Assembly: GCA_029717555.1 (NCBI GenBank)
Contig: JAMDHS010000020.1
Coordinates: forward strand, 62,001-126,000
Direction: 5' to 3'
DNA length: 64,000 nucleotides
From: Peribolospora baueri
Taxonomy: Eukaryota
A program made the position numbers and the translations under genes. Below the pieces are notes generated by a model that made no database searches, was not told where the DNA came from, and saw only the letters and a list, made by a program, of their open reading frames with translations. Shown here one piece after another: positions 25,410-38,874 of the stretch; the first letter of the stretch is position 1; each line of letters starts with the position of its first letter.

Positions 25410-27565
25410 TCAATCAAACCTCATGTGCTTGCCCTTCTTCTTACTCTCCGTCTTCCTCCTCTTGGAGAGCCCCTTCGTTACGTCCAGTCCGCCGTCGCGT
25501 TCTTCCCGCACGCTGCCATCCACATCTCCAGAACCAGTAGACGGTCTGTCGATCCCTGCTATCTCCGCGTCCTTGTGTCGATCTCGCCGCACAGGCTCAC
25601 CCTGCACCCGACCACCTCGGCCTTCTGAACCTTCACTGACACTAGTGGCAGCTCGCGCGGCGGCCTTTGCTCGCGCTGCCTTGCGAACTGAAGCCGGAAG
25701 CGACATCCAATATTCTCGCTCTCGCTCTCCCGAAAGCAGCTCCATTTGAATCGGCGCACGGTCGCCCTCCAAGGCCGCGTCGGCGGTGGTCGCTGAAGAC
25801 GCATCGGAGGATGGTAGGTAGGTTGGGTTGGAGGAAAAGTATGCGATCAACGACGTCGCATGGGAAGCCGTCCTCGCACGAACGTAGCACTGACGCACGA
25901 TCAAGCAAAAGGCTCAAAACGTTTCAGCCACACCTCTGACAAAACACCGGTGTTTGGCAAACTCACGTCGGCAGACCTATCGTGGCGATCTATATAGTCC
26001 ACGGCGCCAGGTACAGACTTGTCGAAGAGACTTGTTAATGTTGTCTTGTTTGCTCCAGCAGGGATATGACGCCCAAGAAGGATGACTCCAAAAGGGTATT
26101 CGGCTGTCGCGGAGAGCGGAGAAGCTGAGTCGGAGGGATTCGTACGTGGCATGTTGGCTACAAGAGTCTCGTGTCGCGCCAGTGGGACCGATGGTTTGAG
26201 GTCGCGACTGACTGTCAAAGCTTCGGCCTGTCGCGCTGCGTGGTTGGACTCTTGCAGTCGCTTCTGCAAGGCGAGGTATTCGTCCCTTAAATGGTCCCAC
26301 GCTGGCCTGGGAGTTTGAAGCGAATGAATTCAGTCACGTCCAAGGTCGTATTAAAGAGGTAAAATACGGTTGCTCACTTGGACAGGACTCGGAATCCATC
26401 CCCTCCGGCCGTGTGCTCGCCCGTGTCCAGCTTGCTCGCATCGTCTGTTCGGTCTCTCTCGGCCACGGGCGAAAGCTTGCATCCAGCTGCTCGACCCTTT
26501 GAGCTGCTCAGATCCCACGGCCATCGCTCTTCCATTGTGCGCACGTCGTTTTCATCGCCCAACACGATGAAAGCGAATCCTCGAAACTCGCTGCCGCCCA
26601 GTTCTTCTTCAAGTTCTAAGCCGTGTTCCTTTTCTTTTCCCTTGAACGATCTACGGGCGGTGGAAAACGCTTCGCTTTGAGCTTGAAGAGGACGTTGGCA
26701 CGGGCCTGAAGCCAGACGAGGAAAGAAAACAGCCTGTACCGACTGATCCGGACTTGTGGCAAGAAGAAAGCTGGCTACGCTGGCGGCGGAGTGGACCCAA
26801 GATGGAAAATTCTCCTGCGATGGACAGGTCAACTCAATGGGTCAGAGACGCCTCTTGCACTGGACACAATTCGCGAATGAACGCACCACTCACCGCATAG
26901 ATCGTACGACGCAGCCAATATTCCGTGCCTCGTCGTATGTCCGACTTGAAAGCATTATTTCGCCGGAAACCAAAACCGTTCGGAGACAACTGAGGAACAA
27001 TGAAAACCCGGCGTTTAGCGAGTCTGCCACAGCTTTCGTACCACGATTGCCTGCCTACCGTGATATTTTGGACAGGGAACCCTTTCAATGCCCGGATGAT
27101 GTCAGCCTGGGAGCTGCAGACTTTCGCAATAGCGAGTACGTCTAGCAGACGAAGGATATGGACATCTACATTGCAAAGCAAAATCACGGCGGACGCTCAA
27201 AGTGGTCAGCACGAACGAGCTCAGAAAAGGTTCAGAGCAGGGAGAAAGCAGTCCAGTCTGCCGACATGGTCCAGCTCACAGTCATCGCCAGCGCCATTCA
27301 CAGCCTCCCGTAACAAGTCATTCTGCGGTTTTGACAATCCGTAGTCAGACAGCTCGAGATGAACCGCTGCAGAGATCTCTTGAAGACGCTTGCGCTCCTT
27401 GGACGAGGAGGCTTCGGCAGCGGTGGCCTGTCTCGTAGACCCGCTACCGCTGGGCTCAGCATTGCGGGGGGCACCGCCGGAAGGACCAGGGTCCCTGGAC
27501 ACCTTGACAGGCGGTCTGCGTGAAGCGCCTTGGTGGACCCGCCGGGGAACGAAGGGAAAGGACAT
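25410..27565 (-). CDS. La-related RNA-binding protein, LARP7/Pof8/p65 family (La motif + RRM1 + xRRM)
   Basis: Spliced: LELSDYGL..DD|YVHILRLL..DIIRALK..IT|LSPNGFGFRR (La motif); RTIYA|ENFP..FRGFAFIVL (RRM1); YPFGVIL..VDYID..|CYVRAR..ELLSGEREREYW (xRRM); C-terminus KKGKHMRFD*. Confidence 0.82.
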
Positions 27566-27802
27566 CGAGGGACTTTTGGTGTGGTGGTCTGCAAACGATC
27601 GCGTCTTCGAGCCCGCACGCGTTCTTTTTGTCTCCCGCTTTGTCGCCGTCGATCAATCTCATTCTCTCCCCTTGACCACGACCACCACGACCATCAGCCA
27701 TCACATTGACCTCAACTCGCCGAACGCTCTGCTCGTCACGCTCTCCTTATACCCTCCTTCCCAAGGGCTGACCAGCAAGCACACGGTGAGGAGACTGCCG
27801 TC

Positions 27803-30800
27803 ATGGCGTCAACGTCGGTCACCACAGGCACACCGCCGGCCGGGGCCTCGTCTACGGTAGTAAATGAGCGTCGCCTCTTCCGGTGAGCAGACCCCTCGGA
27901 CCGCATCTTTCGTCCGAGTCTCTGTGACGGCTACTGACACTCATGTGCATTTCATTCACGTCCCTCGCATCGTGTGAGCGTAGGTCATACCGAAGCATCT
28001 ACGAAGCCCTCGACTCCAACCGCCCAGCGGACGCATACGAGCTCAACGAGCTGCTCGACGCTCGCTTGCCCAAACTGAAAAGCTGTGCCGAACCCTTTGG
28101 CAAGCCGTCTTCCGATTCCAGGACCAAAGTAGAGAGCGGCAGTGTTGAGGTGTATGGTGTCGAAGTCAACGTCTCGGAGACAGAGAAGAAGCTCGCCTTC
28201 AAGATCAGCAAACGCTTCGACCTGGACGAAATCGAAGCGTTCATTCTCCTCCGGTCATACTTTCAGACCGAAGAAGAGGTCGGGCACATTCTTGGTGACC
28301 CGGAAACATCACCAAAAACGGTCGCTGCGAAGGAGGGGCTTCCAGATGACTTCATCGACGCATTCTACTTCGACGAGCGGGTCTTTCTCAGGCGCATTGT
28401 CAGTGCCCTCCTCCGGATTATCGGACACCAAGGTCTGCATTCTTTCGGCGGGATTGCGAAAGAAAAGGTCATGTTCATATTCACCGATGGCTTCACACTG
28501 CGGCTTCTTGACAAGTTTCGGCGTACCACCCAGCAACAGCTCCCCGAGTTCGTCCGAGCAAGCTTTCGGGACGCGGGCGCGTGGGCGAAGCAAATCGTGC
28601 GAGAGCAGCAGAGCCTGCTGGAGGTCATATTCCTCGACTTCTACCAACGCGATCGCCCCGACGCGGCGGCCATCGTGATGATCCTGCGAACGGCTCTGGA
28701 TACTGTAATGGGCGCAAAGCAAGAGATTGCCATCTTCTTTGATGCGGAGGCCAACGATCTCATGGTTGAGGTTCAAGGTTTACTCGTCTTGATTGCGGTC
28801 GAGGTCCTTTATCTGGAGGACATACCGGAGGAGTTCTTATTAACCGAAAGCCCTTCGCCCAACGACATGATGTTATCGCCCGAGCACCTCAAAGAAGCCA
28901 CCGAAATCGTCCAGTCATTTCCCTCCGACGCCATCTTCAGCCCCATCATCCTCGCCTGGTCTTTCTTGCTGAGCAGGGTGACGAATGTTCTCTTCGAGAA
29001 CGAGGACCCCATGCCGGAAATTTTCCGGGACTTCGCAAGAGCCGTCTATCCTTCACATACATCAATCCGACCAGATGGGCCGATGGAACCCCCGCTCTGG
29101 CAAGGACTGACTACCATAGCTTTGGCCCCCGACATGCAACTGTTCCCGACTCTGCTTCGCATCCTCGCCCCGCCACTGGTCTCCGGCGTTCCCTCCTGCA
29201 TCTCTCCGGACTCGCCCAACGCCCTCGGTGCCCGCTCGGTAATCAAAGGTCTCATTATGGCTCTCTCTGATATAGTACGCGTTGAGCACGTGCCGGACTT
29301 TGATGGCTTGGTCGACGTGTGGGTCGCCCTCTTCGGCATGACCGAAGACCCCGCGGGAGAGACGATTCGAGCGAAAGGCATCGCCACTCTTTGTGTCGAG
29401 TTCTGGCAAGTCGACTACGAGCAACCTCAGCGTAGGGCCCTGCTCGAGATGGCCAGGCAACGCTTCCCCGTTCAGCCGCGGCCTCTCCTCCGTCTTCTGC
29501 GCGCCCTATCTGGACACGCTGAAGAAGAAGATTTCGATGTCGACGGCCCGGCTTATCGTTGCTCGTTGTTCGTGCTAGACTACTTCTCCTCGCTGCCAAC
29601 CATCGCCTCCGTCCTTCCTCCCGATCGCCCCGCGACGCCTTCACCATTCTCGGTAATCTCTGACGGCGTCTTCGAGTCTGTGCGGCCAATTCCCGTCATC
29701 GGAGGCATTTCCGTGCCCCCTGGTGTGCGCGGTCATCTGATCAGCGAGCCAGGGCGTACGCCTATGGTGGTTAGCTGGCAGTGGCAGAATTCCGGTTTCA
29801 AGCTCGTTATGGCCATTCTGGACTCCCTGGTAGGACATTCCAGCCAGGACCGGGAGTCGGAGCCGGAGTTGGACAACGTCTTTCAAGGGAAAGAGCCCGC
29901 TCCGACTTTCTTCGACCTCGTACCCAACGCCGAACCAGGCGACGAGGTCGACGTGATCACGGACATTCTCGGCCTGATCGAAGCCCTCTTCTCCACCGGG
30001 AAGAACGCCACTAGTCGCTTCCTCGACCATGTGCTTGGGGCGGGAGTAGACTGGACCGACGACGAGGGGATGGAGGCAGACGAGGGTGCTGACAGAGACC
30101 AGGACGAGGGTCTGAATCCGAGCGCTGGTGATTTGGTGTCGATTGTCTTCAAGATCTTGGAACGAGCCCTGTCGGCTCGCGCCCCGCCTCCACAGATCGT
30201 CACTTCAATCTTCAAGATCCTAACCCAGGTTCTGCCGATCTATTCCGATTCGATATGGATGCTTCTGCGCAGCTCCAACATTATTATCGGCGCTCCCGGG
30301 CTTGCCTCAACGGCCACGTATGGAATCGACAGCAGCTTTGCAAGCCCACAATCAACCATTCTCCGCGCCGATCGGGCACGAGGGACGTATCTCATGACGT
30401 TGGCCTATCTTGACTTCGTCCTGGAGCTTCTCGCCGACGTGCGACTTTCCCAGTTGGACGCCCCAACCGACGTTTTGCAGATGAAAGCGGTGGTATTGCG
30501 CCGCGCTCTTGCCTTCGTCAATACCGAGATCTGGTCGGAGTATCAGTCGTGGCGATTTGATGTCGTCAGGCAGAAGTTCGAGATCGGCTTGCAGACGGGG
30601 AGGCTGGCGGAAGAAGTGCTCGCCGACGTCTCACTTCTCCGACAGAGGGAAGGTGGCAGAGTCGCCGACATGGGTCCCCTCGGCATTGTCGGTGACGAGA
30701 TCATAGGTCGCTTTGTCACTGGGACCAACTCTGCTCAGCTCGCTCCTCTCTTTAGCGTCCTCAGTCGCGGTCAGCAGCAGGTGACCGCTCTCGACCGTGT

Positions 30801-33800
30801 TTTGCGGCCCGGCGACGTACGGACGCTGGAGTCGCTAATTGAACAGCATTTGCGTCTATCTCGGCTCATCCTGTCACGTCGGCTCGCAGCACTAAAGGAT
30901 CGCCCTTGCCTCCTGGAAAGGCTGTTTTTCGACCACGCCACTGCCGGGTTCCGCCTCAAAGGCTCGATTACGGGTACTCGCATCGTCCAAGTCGACCTTC
31001 TCGATGCTCTCTTCGGCTACGTATCTTACTCGATTTTAGCCGCCAACTACTCCATCGGCACCGAAGCGTCCAACTTGCTCACGAAGCTGTGTACTCTGAC
31101 AAAACTCTGGCAGCCGAACCCTCCAGCTCTGGTCAGTTACCTCGGCTCGCCCGACGATCTGGAAGGGACGGTCTCAGAGATACTCGACGTCCTCGCCAGC
31201 GAGTTTCAAGAAGATCGCCTCAAAGCGTCTATCTGGTCTTTACTCGCCAGCATCATGGATTCGCAACCTGCCCTTGCAACGCTATTCATCACCGGCAGAC
31301 ACTTGGCTCATCGCATCGAGACCCAGATGGACCGGAAGGCGAAAGGCAAAGGAAAGGAAAGTCAATCGCCGGGTCTACCGCGAACGGCCCTTGGAGTCGC
31401 TATTGAGCAGCTGAAGGCTTGGAAGTCGCTCTGGGACGAGAGTCCATTTATGCTTGAGCCCATCCTACGCTTCGTCGACCTCGCCTGGCAGCGAATTTAC
31501 GAACACGGTCTGTCGTTCGAGGAGCGCCGCAAGGACGTCGCGTTCTGGAAAGAGCTGGGAATGATCGCTCTTCAAGATCTTGGTCGGGATCCGCCCCTTG
31601 CGAAGGAGTCTGGTGTGGCCGGCGGATATCTCGATCCGGGCCGACCCGTGGAGGTGGAAGAGTATTGCTATCGCATGCTTTCGCGGGCCAGGGCAGTCAA
31701 CCTGCTCACCACGGAGATCGGTGCTTTACCACGGACGGCTGAGACTGATCAGCAAAAGCCAGAGCCGTTGAAAGCACTTCTCCTCAACGTCGTCAACCAG
31801 AACGGTCTGAAAGCCATCGTTTCTGCGGCTATGGTTCGGACCGTGGTCGTGAACAGGTTGGTTGTTGAGGCGGAGATGGCGCTCATGAAGTCGTGGCGGG
31901 CGTTGTTCGAGACGTCTGTACCATTCTTCGTGGCTCACGGCGAGCCGGAAAAGGTTCAGTCTGCGTTCATCGCTGCCGCCAAGCTCGCAGCTGGAGAGAT
32001 CGCGGAAGAAGAGGGACGGGGCGAGACAGTGCTCAAGATTCTCGTCGAGCGCTCACGCCTCCTCTTGGTCCTGACGGAGATCGCTATCACACCGCCGGGC
32101 AAGGCGCGGAACGTCCGCGAGGCGGTCGAACTCCTGAAGGAGATCGTTCGGGTGGCTACAAGCGACACTTTCAGCCTTTTCGACTCTGTACAACGGCTGA
32201 TCACGCCGCTTTTGCACCGCGCCGTGTTCTCTTCGATCCTCCTCGTTCTGAGGCACATTGTCGCGCTTATTTCCGCCGGAGAGTCGTGCAAAGCTGAACG
32301 GCCGGATCTGCAACAGGCGGTCATGACTCTGCTCAACATGACGTTCGGCGCCGTACGTCGTCTCTTCGATGTCGCCCGGACAACCGAGACGTTGGACAAC
32401 TCGTTGGCGGTCGACGTAGATCTGAAGCTTCTGACCGCCGTGTTGGCGCAATTGATCCGACCGGAATTGGGTAGCACGCCCAGTATCTGGCTCGCACAGT
32501 GTCAGGAGGTAGAGTTCTTTCGCTCGGCGTTTGAACTGCTCGTTCTGTCTCGGCCAGTGCCGTTGGACAGCGGCGGTGGGTCAGGGGCGGCCAAGCCTCT
32601 GTACACCCAGCATCTTCTCGACCTCTTTCTCGCACTCACTGTCGTCCCACAGGCCGCAGAGCAGATGGCCCTGGACGGCGTCATGACGGCCCTCTCTTCC
32701 AACGGGTCCTTGACGCCGCTGGCGGAGGCCGGACAAATAGCTTCCACGGATCCGGCGTTCCCAGGCGAGCGTAACCCGTCACATACGGCGTGGTGCACGG
32801 TGTTGGCCATCGTGGCTGGGCTGATCGACGTCCTCGGGTTGACCAGTTCGCACTTCGTCGAGGTCGAGGTCGTAGCTTTCATCCACGTCTACGGCACCCA
32901 GCTTCTGCGCGGCCTGAGTTATCGTGCGCCCGGGGAGCTGCCGCGGCCGGGTGAGGGAGGACTGATGGTCATGTCGGAGCTGCTGCCGGAGGAGACGCAC
33001 GGAGAGGGCACGTTCACGACTGCGGACCTGGACGAAGCAGACAAGGTGGCGCGGCTGTTCTACGGTATCGCCGTCAGCACTACGCCAAGAGAAGAGCCGG
33101 CGAAGGCTCTGCAGACGCTGGCGGAGAACGGCCTACAGCTGCTCTCGCAGTATGTCTATCTGCTCACACACCCGCAAGCGACGGCTACTTTTCTCGAGCC
33201 CGTCACGCCAGAAGAGCGTCGTCTGTTGGAGAAGGAGGAAAATGAAGCGGATAAAGAAAGCCAGCGGGCGGGGACCAACGTTAGGGCGGAGGAGGGGGCG
33301 GACTGGAACTGGAGCCCGACGAAACGACCGCTTATGAACGACGTGCTTTGCAAAATCTTGCACGTCTCCGGTGTTCTCGTCTCCGCGGTCCTTGAGACGA
33401 GCAGGGCGACCGTGAAGGTGCTCACAGGGGAGCCTTTCGAGTGGCCTACGGACCGGACGATGGTGATACCGGTGAGTGGGATTATAAATTCGTAGGCGCT
33501 TGCCCCCGTCCCCCCCATTTTTCCGTTTGCTTCGATCATGCGTTCGGCGCTTACACTCAATCCTCGTGGCAACACGTCTCTCTGCATCGCCTTCCAGACT
33601 GCACGAACCAGCCTCGAAAGGCCAGCATCTTTCGGCACGCTTCTTGATCTTGCCTCTCAATCTCTCGACTTGCTCTCTCAACCGGCTTCGGTCATCACAG
33701 CTCCAAGACAACCGATGTCGCCTTGGCTAGTCACTCCTTTGGCGTCGTCGGTGGCCGCATACACGCTCGAGCGCTCTCTGACGCTCATCGTGACCCAAAT

Positions 33801-34104
33801 GGCGCTGTGGAACTACGTGCCGGCGGACATGAGGACTGAGCTGCTGGCTGTGTTGGGGAAGGCGGCGAAGCGTATGCGTGCCATGGGTGCGGTAGGTGGA
33901 AGGGAAAAGGAAGGCGCATTGGGTTCCTCGTTGACCGGTGCTAAGAGTTGGGGGGCGAAGGGCCCGGCGGCGTTCATTGAAGTGCTTCACAAGTTTGTCG
34001 AGCTGCGCTTAACTCAGGAGACGCGCGGCGGCGGGGCGGTCGAAGGGGAGGTCCTCGACCGGCGAAATTCTTTGGAAGGATCTCCTTCCTTTGGGCTGTT
34101 TTGA
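27803..34104 (+). CDS. NUP188: Large scaffold nucleoporin, Nup188-like
   Basis: About 2000 aa helical protein: ISKRFDLDEIEAFILLRSY, FYFDERVFLRR, WAKQIVREQQSLLEVIF, ARQRFPVQPRPLLRLLRAL. Short first exon from ATG 27803; last intron near 33472-33597. Confidence 0.82.
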
Positions 34105-34352
34105 GTTGCACTCGTGTAAAATAGGAACGCCTATTTTTCCCTTCTGGTCAATGGAATCTACGTCCAGGGAAGCGTTGCGATGATGACCACCACCAGCTCC
34201 TCCCTCCGATCGTGCTGTCGCCGCAAGCAGGTGATCTCAGATGATCGGAGCCCTTCTCAACGCGCGCTCGCTGCGCTCCTCTTTCTTCGACCAGCAAGAG
34301 ACAGCAAAGCGAGATAGAGAGATAGAGAGATAGAGCGCTTGCTTGCGTCGCC

Positions 34353-37300
34353 ATGTCGGCTCTGACACCCCCCCTTTCTCCCACAACGTCCCCTCCTACC
34401 ATATCATCTCCTACCCCCATTTCACCGCTCCCCCGCTCCCCGCTCCCCGCCGCTCCGTCTAGCACGCCCGGCGCATCGAACCCGATCAACGCCAAGCTCC
34501 GCTCCATTCTCTCCAACAATTTCGAGGACGAGGCCACGCGGAACGCCCTTCGTACCCTTGATGGATTTTACGTGAGGCAGAAGGACAGGGAGAAGGGGAA
34601 AGGGAAGGAGAGGGAAAAGGACGGGGCTGGAGAGCGCTCGGGGAGAGGGACGGTGGACGTGACAAGTGCGAGGAGGAACTTGAAGAGGAACGTTCAGGGG
34701 AGGATGGAAGAGGCTAGCGAGCGCGTGCTTAACGTCTGCAAGACGCTGGACGAGGTGAGCCCGCACGCTTTGCTTTTCGTACCTCCAGCGTCTCAGCGAG
34801 CTATCCGAGCGTCGCTGACACCGACGCCCGTCTTCTCGTCTCCTCGTCCCTACGCTGCAGCGTCTCGGAGACCTGGAAACGAACGTGGGCGACATGCACG
34901 CCTGCTGTGACGAGGTGGAGACGAAGCTGCGTCAAGCGGCGAACTCGACTCGGTACCTCATCCAGCATGCCCACGGCTTACAGCAACAACGGTGCGCCGT
35001 CCAGCGAAGCACGAGAGCCTGCTCGTCGCGCTCACGACGGCCTTCTTCCTTTTCCTTCTTCCACTTCTTGTTGAGCAGACTGCACGCCTCTCAGCGAGCC
35101 CGCATCCTATCTCTTTTCCTGACTCGCTTCACTCTCTCCCAAGCGGAGTTGCAGGCACTCACCGTCCCAGCGACCGAGGAGCCGGTCGGAAAGACGATGT
35201 TCGCAGCGATGGACCGAGTGGAGCAGATCCGAAAGGACTGTAGGGCGCTGCTGGCGGGTGGCGGGGAGGGTGGAGGTGGGATGCGCGCTGGGTGAGTGAA
35301 AACCTTTAGGCCCGTCTCTAACAACTGCTCATCTGGTTTGCCGACGTTCCCACATCGACATCGCTCAGCGTCGACATCATGTCGACCACCTCGGAGTATC
35401 TTGAGGCGGGCTATCAAAAACTCTACAAGTGGTGCACTTTCGAGTTTAGAGGCTACGTCAAAGAGGGAGAACTTCTCGAAGTTGGACCCGGCATGCGCGA
35501 GGCGATTCGGCGGCTCAGCGCCAGGGAGGACCTGTACGAGTGAGTGCATGTCGTGCGCTTGGACGCAGATTTGCATCCTTCGGCCTGACAATTGGATGCT
35601 GTTTGTCTCTGGATACAACACGCTCATCCCTTCTTGTTCCTTCACCGGCGCAGCCTCGCCCTACAAACGCTCATCACTGCCCGTTCATCGACCATCCTCC
35701 AGTTGTTTATCTCAGCTCTGACAGTAGGCGGCCCAGCTCCGACTTTCCTGCCTCGTCCCATCGAGCTGCACGCGCACGAGCCGACTCGGTACGTGGGCGA
35801 CATGCTCGCCTGGGTGCACCAGGCCCTGGCAAACGAGCGCGAGTTTCTGGAAGGCCTTTTCGGTGCCAAGGAGCTGGGAAGGAGGACCGGCGAAGCGAGA
35901 CAGGGGTTTAAGAAGCAAGACGTCGCTGGAGGAGAAGCTTCCTCTGGCGACGTGGGCGAAGCGGAGAAGACGGTGAGGAGGCTGTTGGATGCGAACATGG
36001 AGGGAGTCTGTAGACCATTGAAGGTGAGACCCTTTGTCGCTCGGCACTGTCATGTCCAGCACGCCGGCTGGTCTCATTCTGGCCTTTCTCACACGGACGG
36101 CCAACCTTCGCTGCCATTGTCTAGCTCCGCGTTCATCAGACGGTCAAATCCCAGGAGGGCTCAATTACGGCATACCGCCTGGCCAACCTGGTCGAGTTCT
36201 ATCGCACGACGATGGAGCATACGATTGGGCCCAATGCGAACTTGAGTAAATCACTTCGAGAACTCACCGAGCTTTCCTACCGTGCCTTCTTCGCCACGTT
36301 GGAGGCCCAGGCGAGAGGTCTACTCAGGTTCAACGAGCCTCCCGCCTCTGACCTCACGCCGCCTGCTCCGCTGCTCGGCAGTACGGTCACGCTCAAAGAG
36401 CTCATGGCCGTGCATAACTCCTCCTTGCTAGAGTCCATAGAAGGTGCCGACGAGGCCCAGGCGGGGGAGAAGTCGCTGGAGGAGGAGACGGCCATCACCG
36501 ACTTCGAAGAAGTCATGGATAGGCTGCTGGACCCGATGCTGGACATGTGCACCAACCTCGGGACACTCCTGCTTAGAAAAGGCAAAGGGGCTCGTAAAGA
36601 GGCGGAGGGAGAGTGGGAAAGGGGCATCTTTGAGATCAATTGTCTGGAGTATGTCAGGGTGAGTCCTTTTACTGCTGCCAAGTGACGGATTTCCCATTTC
36701 CCAGAGCCGGAACCACTTCGTTTCATTTTAAACACGAACGTAAATTGATTGCTCATCCTGCCTTCGTTTCCTTTTCTGCCAGAACGCACTCTCCCCATAC
36801 CCCTTCACTACCATCCGGGTCATTCACATTCAGAAGAGGATTGACGAGCACGCAAGTCTTTTGACGGACGCGCACGTGCGTGGTCGTGCTTCTTACCCCG
36901 TCTTTTGGTGGCCGTCCTCTGACCCTTGTCTCTTCTTCCTGGTCGATCTGCTGTAGTTCAAGTACCTCCTCGGCGAGAGCGGACTCGCCCCCATTATAGA
37001 TGCGTTGGATACGAAAGACGCAGATGTAAGCTTCTTGAATATCCGGCCTTTGTCTCCATGCGCATCTCGTTCGAGCTGAGCCAGATGACTACGATCTCCC
37101 CCGTCGTTTCCTGAATTGGTGCTGACATCTATCACGCTTTATTCTTTCGTCACCGCGTGAACAGACCCCGCTGTCCCACAACCCGCCAACGGCGCCTCAG
37201 CTGCTGACGACCTACCTATCGACGTTCTACTCCTTCCTTTCATCCCCTCTCGCGCTCGCCTCACCTCGCCTTTCCCTCCTCGTTTCACCCTCTCTCCGTT

Positions 37301-37461
37301 TTTCGATCCATCGTGACGCTCTGAGGCGCGTCGGAGAGGCATATGGTCGCGTGATCGACGCCGTGAGGGAGCCCAAGAACAGGTATGAGTGGAAGGAAAG
37401 CTTGGTTAGAAGGAGTAAGGAAGAGGTCGAGGTGCTGCTTGGGGTGGAGCAAGACGCCTGA
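34353..37461 (+). CDS. COG6: Conserved oligomeric Golgi complex subunit 6
   Basis: ARRNLK..V, LFLTRFTLS, LEAGYQKLYKWC, PRPIELHAHEPTRYVGDMLAWVHQALANEREFLEGLF, PPASDLTPP, RRSKEEVEVLLG. Multiple introns. Confidence 0.93.
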
Positions 37462-37938
37462 GGTAGTCCGGAGTACGTAGAAGTAGCTTGTGTTGGTACT
37501 TGATCCGCTTGTATGAACACAGCGTCGTGACCACCCTCATAACGCGCATCGTCCCCAAAGACCAGCTTCCGCTTGCTTGATAGGCATAGCATCTCCAAGA
37601 CGCACCAAAAGCACACCTCTGCCCGCATCGTGACACACAGACACAAAGGAAGCAGAAAGAATACATTCATGTCGCTGGTAGTTTTGCATAAGACAAAGGT
37701 GGGAAGGAAAGGGACATGATGGAAGGGGCCAGACAGACAGTCGCGGGAACGGACACGCACACACACGCCGTTCCCTCGCTCCCTTCCAGCAGCGCGACAC
37801 AATCCCGATCCGACCGAACGACTCCCTTCGCTCTCTCCCTGCTGCCAACCACTCATCATCCCCTCCCCGCAGACCGCGCCCCCCTTACCGCCACCATCAC
37901 TCCCAGTGATACGCCGAAAACCGCGCCAAAGGGTAAGC

Positions 37939-38507
37939 TTAGGCGACGAGAGTGGATGCGGTGGCGCTCTCGTACTTGAAGGTCGGGGGCAGCTGACCGC
38001 GGGTCTTGTAGTACCGGCTGAGGCGGTGGATACGGGACTCGATGAGAATGAGGCGGAACTTGGAGTCCTTGTCCTTGCGGTTGCGCTCGAGGTGCTTGCG
38101 AACGGAGACGGCCTTCTTAATGAGGTGGTAGAGGTCCTCGGGAATCTCGGGGGCGAGGCCTGAAGAAGAAGGGGGGAGTAGAGCGAGAAGACATGGCCGC
38201 GGCCCAAGTTGAGCGACGTGGACCGATGGGAGCCACGCACAGGCTGCTTCGCGCGCCCGCTCGGTCACTCACCGTGAGTCTTGAGGATACGGAGTATCTT
38301 GTTACCGGTGACAAAGCGGACCTGAGCAATGCCGTGCGAGTCGCGGAGCTGGACGCCGATCTGGGAAGGGGTCAAGCCCTTGCGAGCGAACTTGGTGATC
38401 TGGTCCACGACCTCCTCCGAGGTGGTCTTGAGCCACGAGGGAGGGGTGCGGCGGTAGGGGAGGGCGGACCCGCTAATACCCTTGCCCTTGGAGTGCATGC
38501 GACCCAT
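37939..38507 (-). CDS. RPS13: 40S ribosomal protein S13 (uS15)
   Basis: [36 protein letters not shown]..|[40 protein letters not shown]. One intron, about 38161-38271. Confidence 0.98.
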
Positions 38508-38639
38508 TTTGGCTAGCTTTTGTTGACGTTGGAGACGAAGGGGCGAACGATTCTTGACGGCGGCTTCGTCGTTTGCGTGACGGACGGTCCAGTCGGTGGT
38601 GACCTTCGGATTCTCAAACCTGGCCTTGGCCTCTCACCG

Positions 38640-38689
38640 GTAACCCTAGCCAGTCGCGCACCAGGGAAGGCGCGCGTGAAGTAACCCTA
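38640..38689. promoter_or_regulatory. Two GTAACCCTA (telobox/Tbf1-like) motifs in the RPS13-RPS6 bidirectional promoter
   Basis: Identical 9-mer at 38640-38648 and 38681-38689 inside the 367 bp between the two ATGs. Confidence 0.55.
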
Positions 38690-38874
38690 CTCTTAGGCGT
38701 AGTCCGTCTGCCGCTAGCTATACAGTTTCCCTTGTTCTCGGCGACAAGCGGAGAAAAGCCTGCGGAGGCGACTGCGGCGGAGGAAGGACGGCGAGGTCGG
38801 GGCTGGGACAGACAACAACGAGCACAAGACAGGGCCGACACTCTCTTTATCCTTCAAGATCCCCACCGACAAGC

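Noticed and set aside
37674..37890. Possible 3' UTR intron or snoRNA downstream of RPS13 (GTAAGG donor, ATGATGA)
   Set aside because: No clear branch point or D box; unsupported without transcripts.
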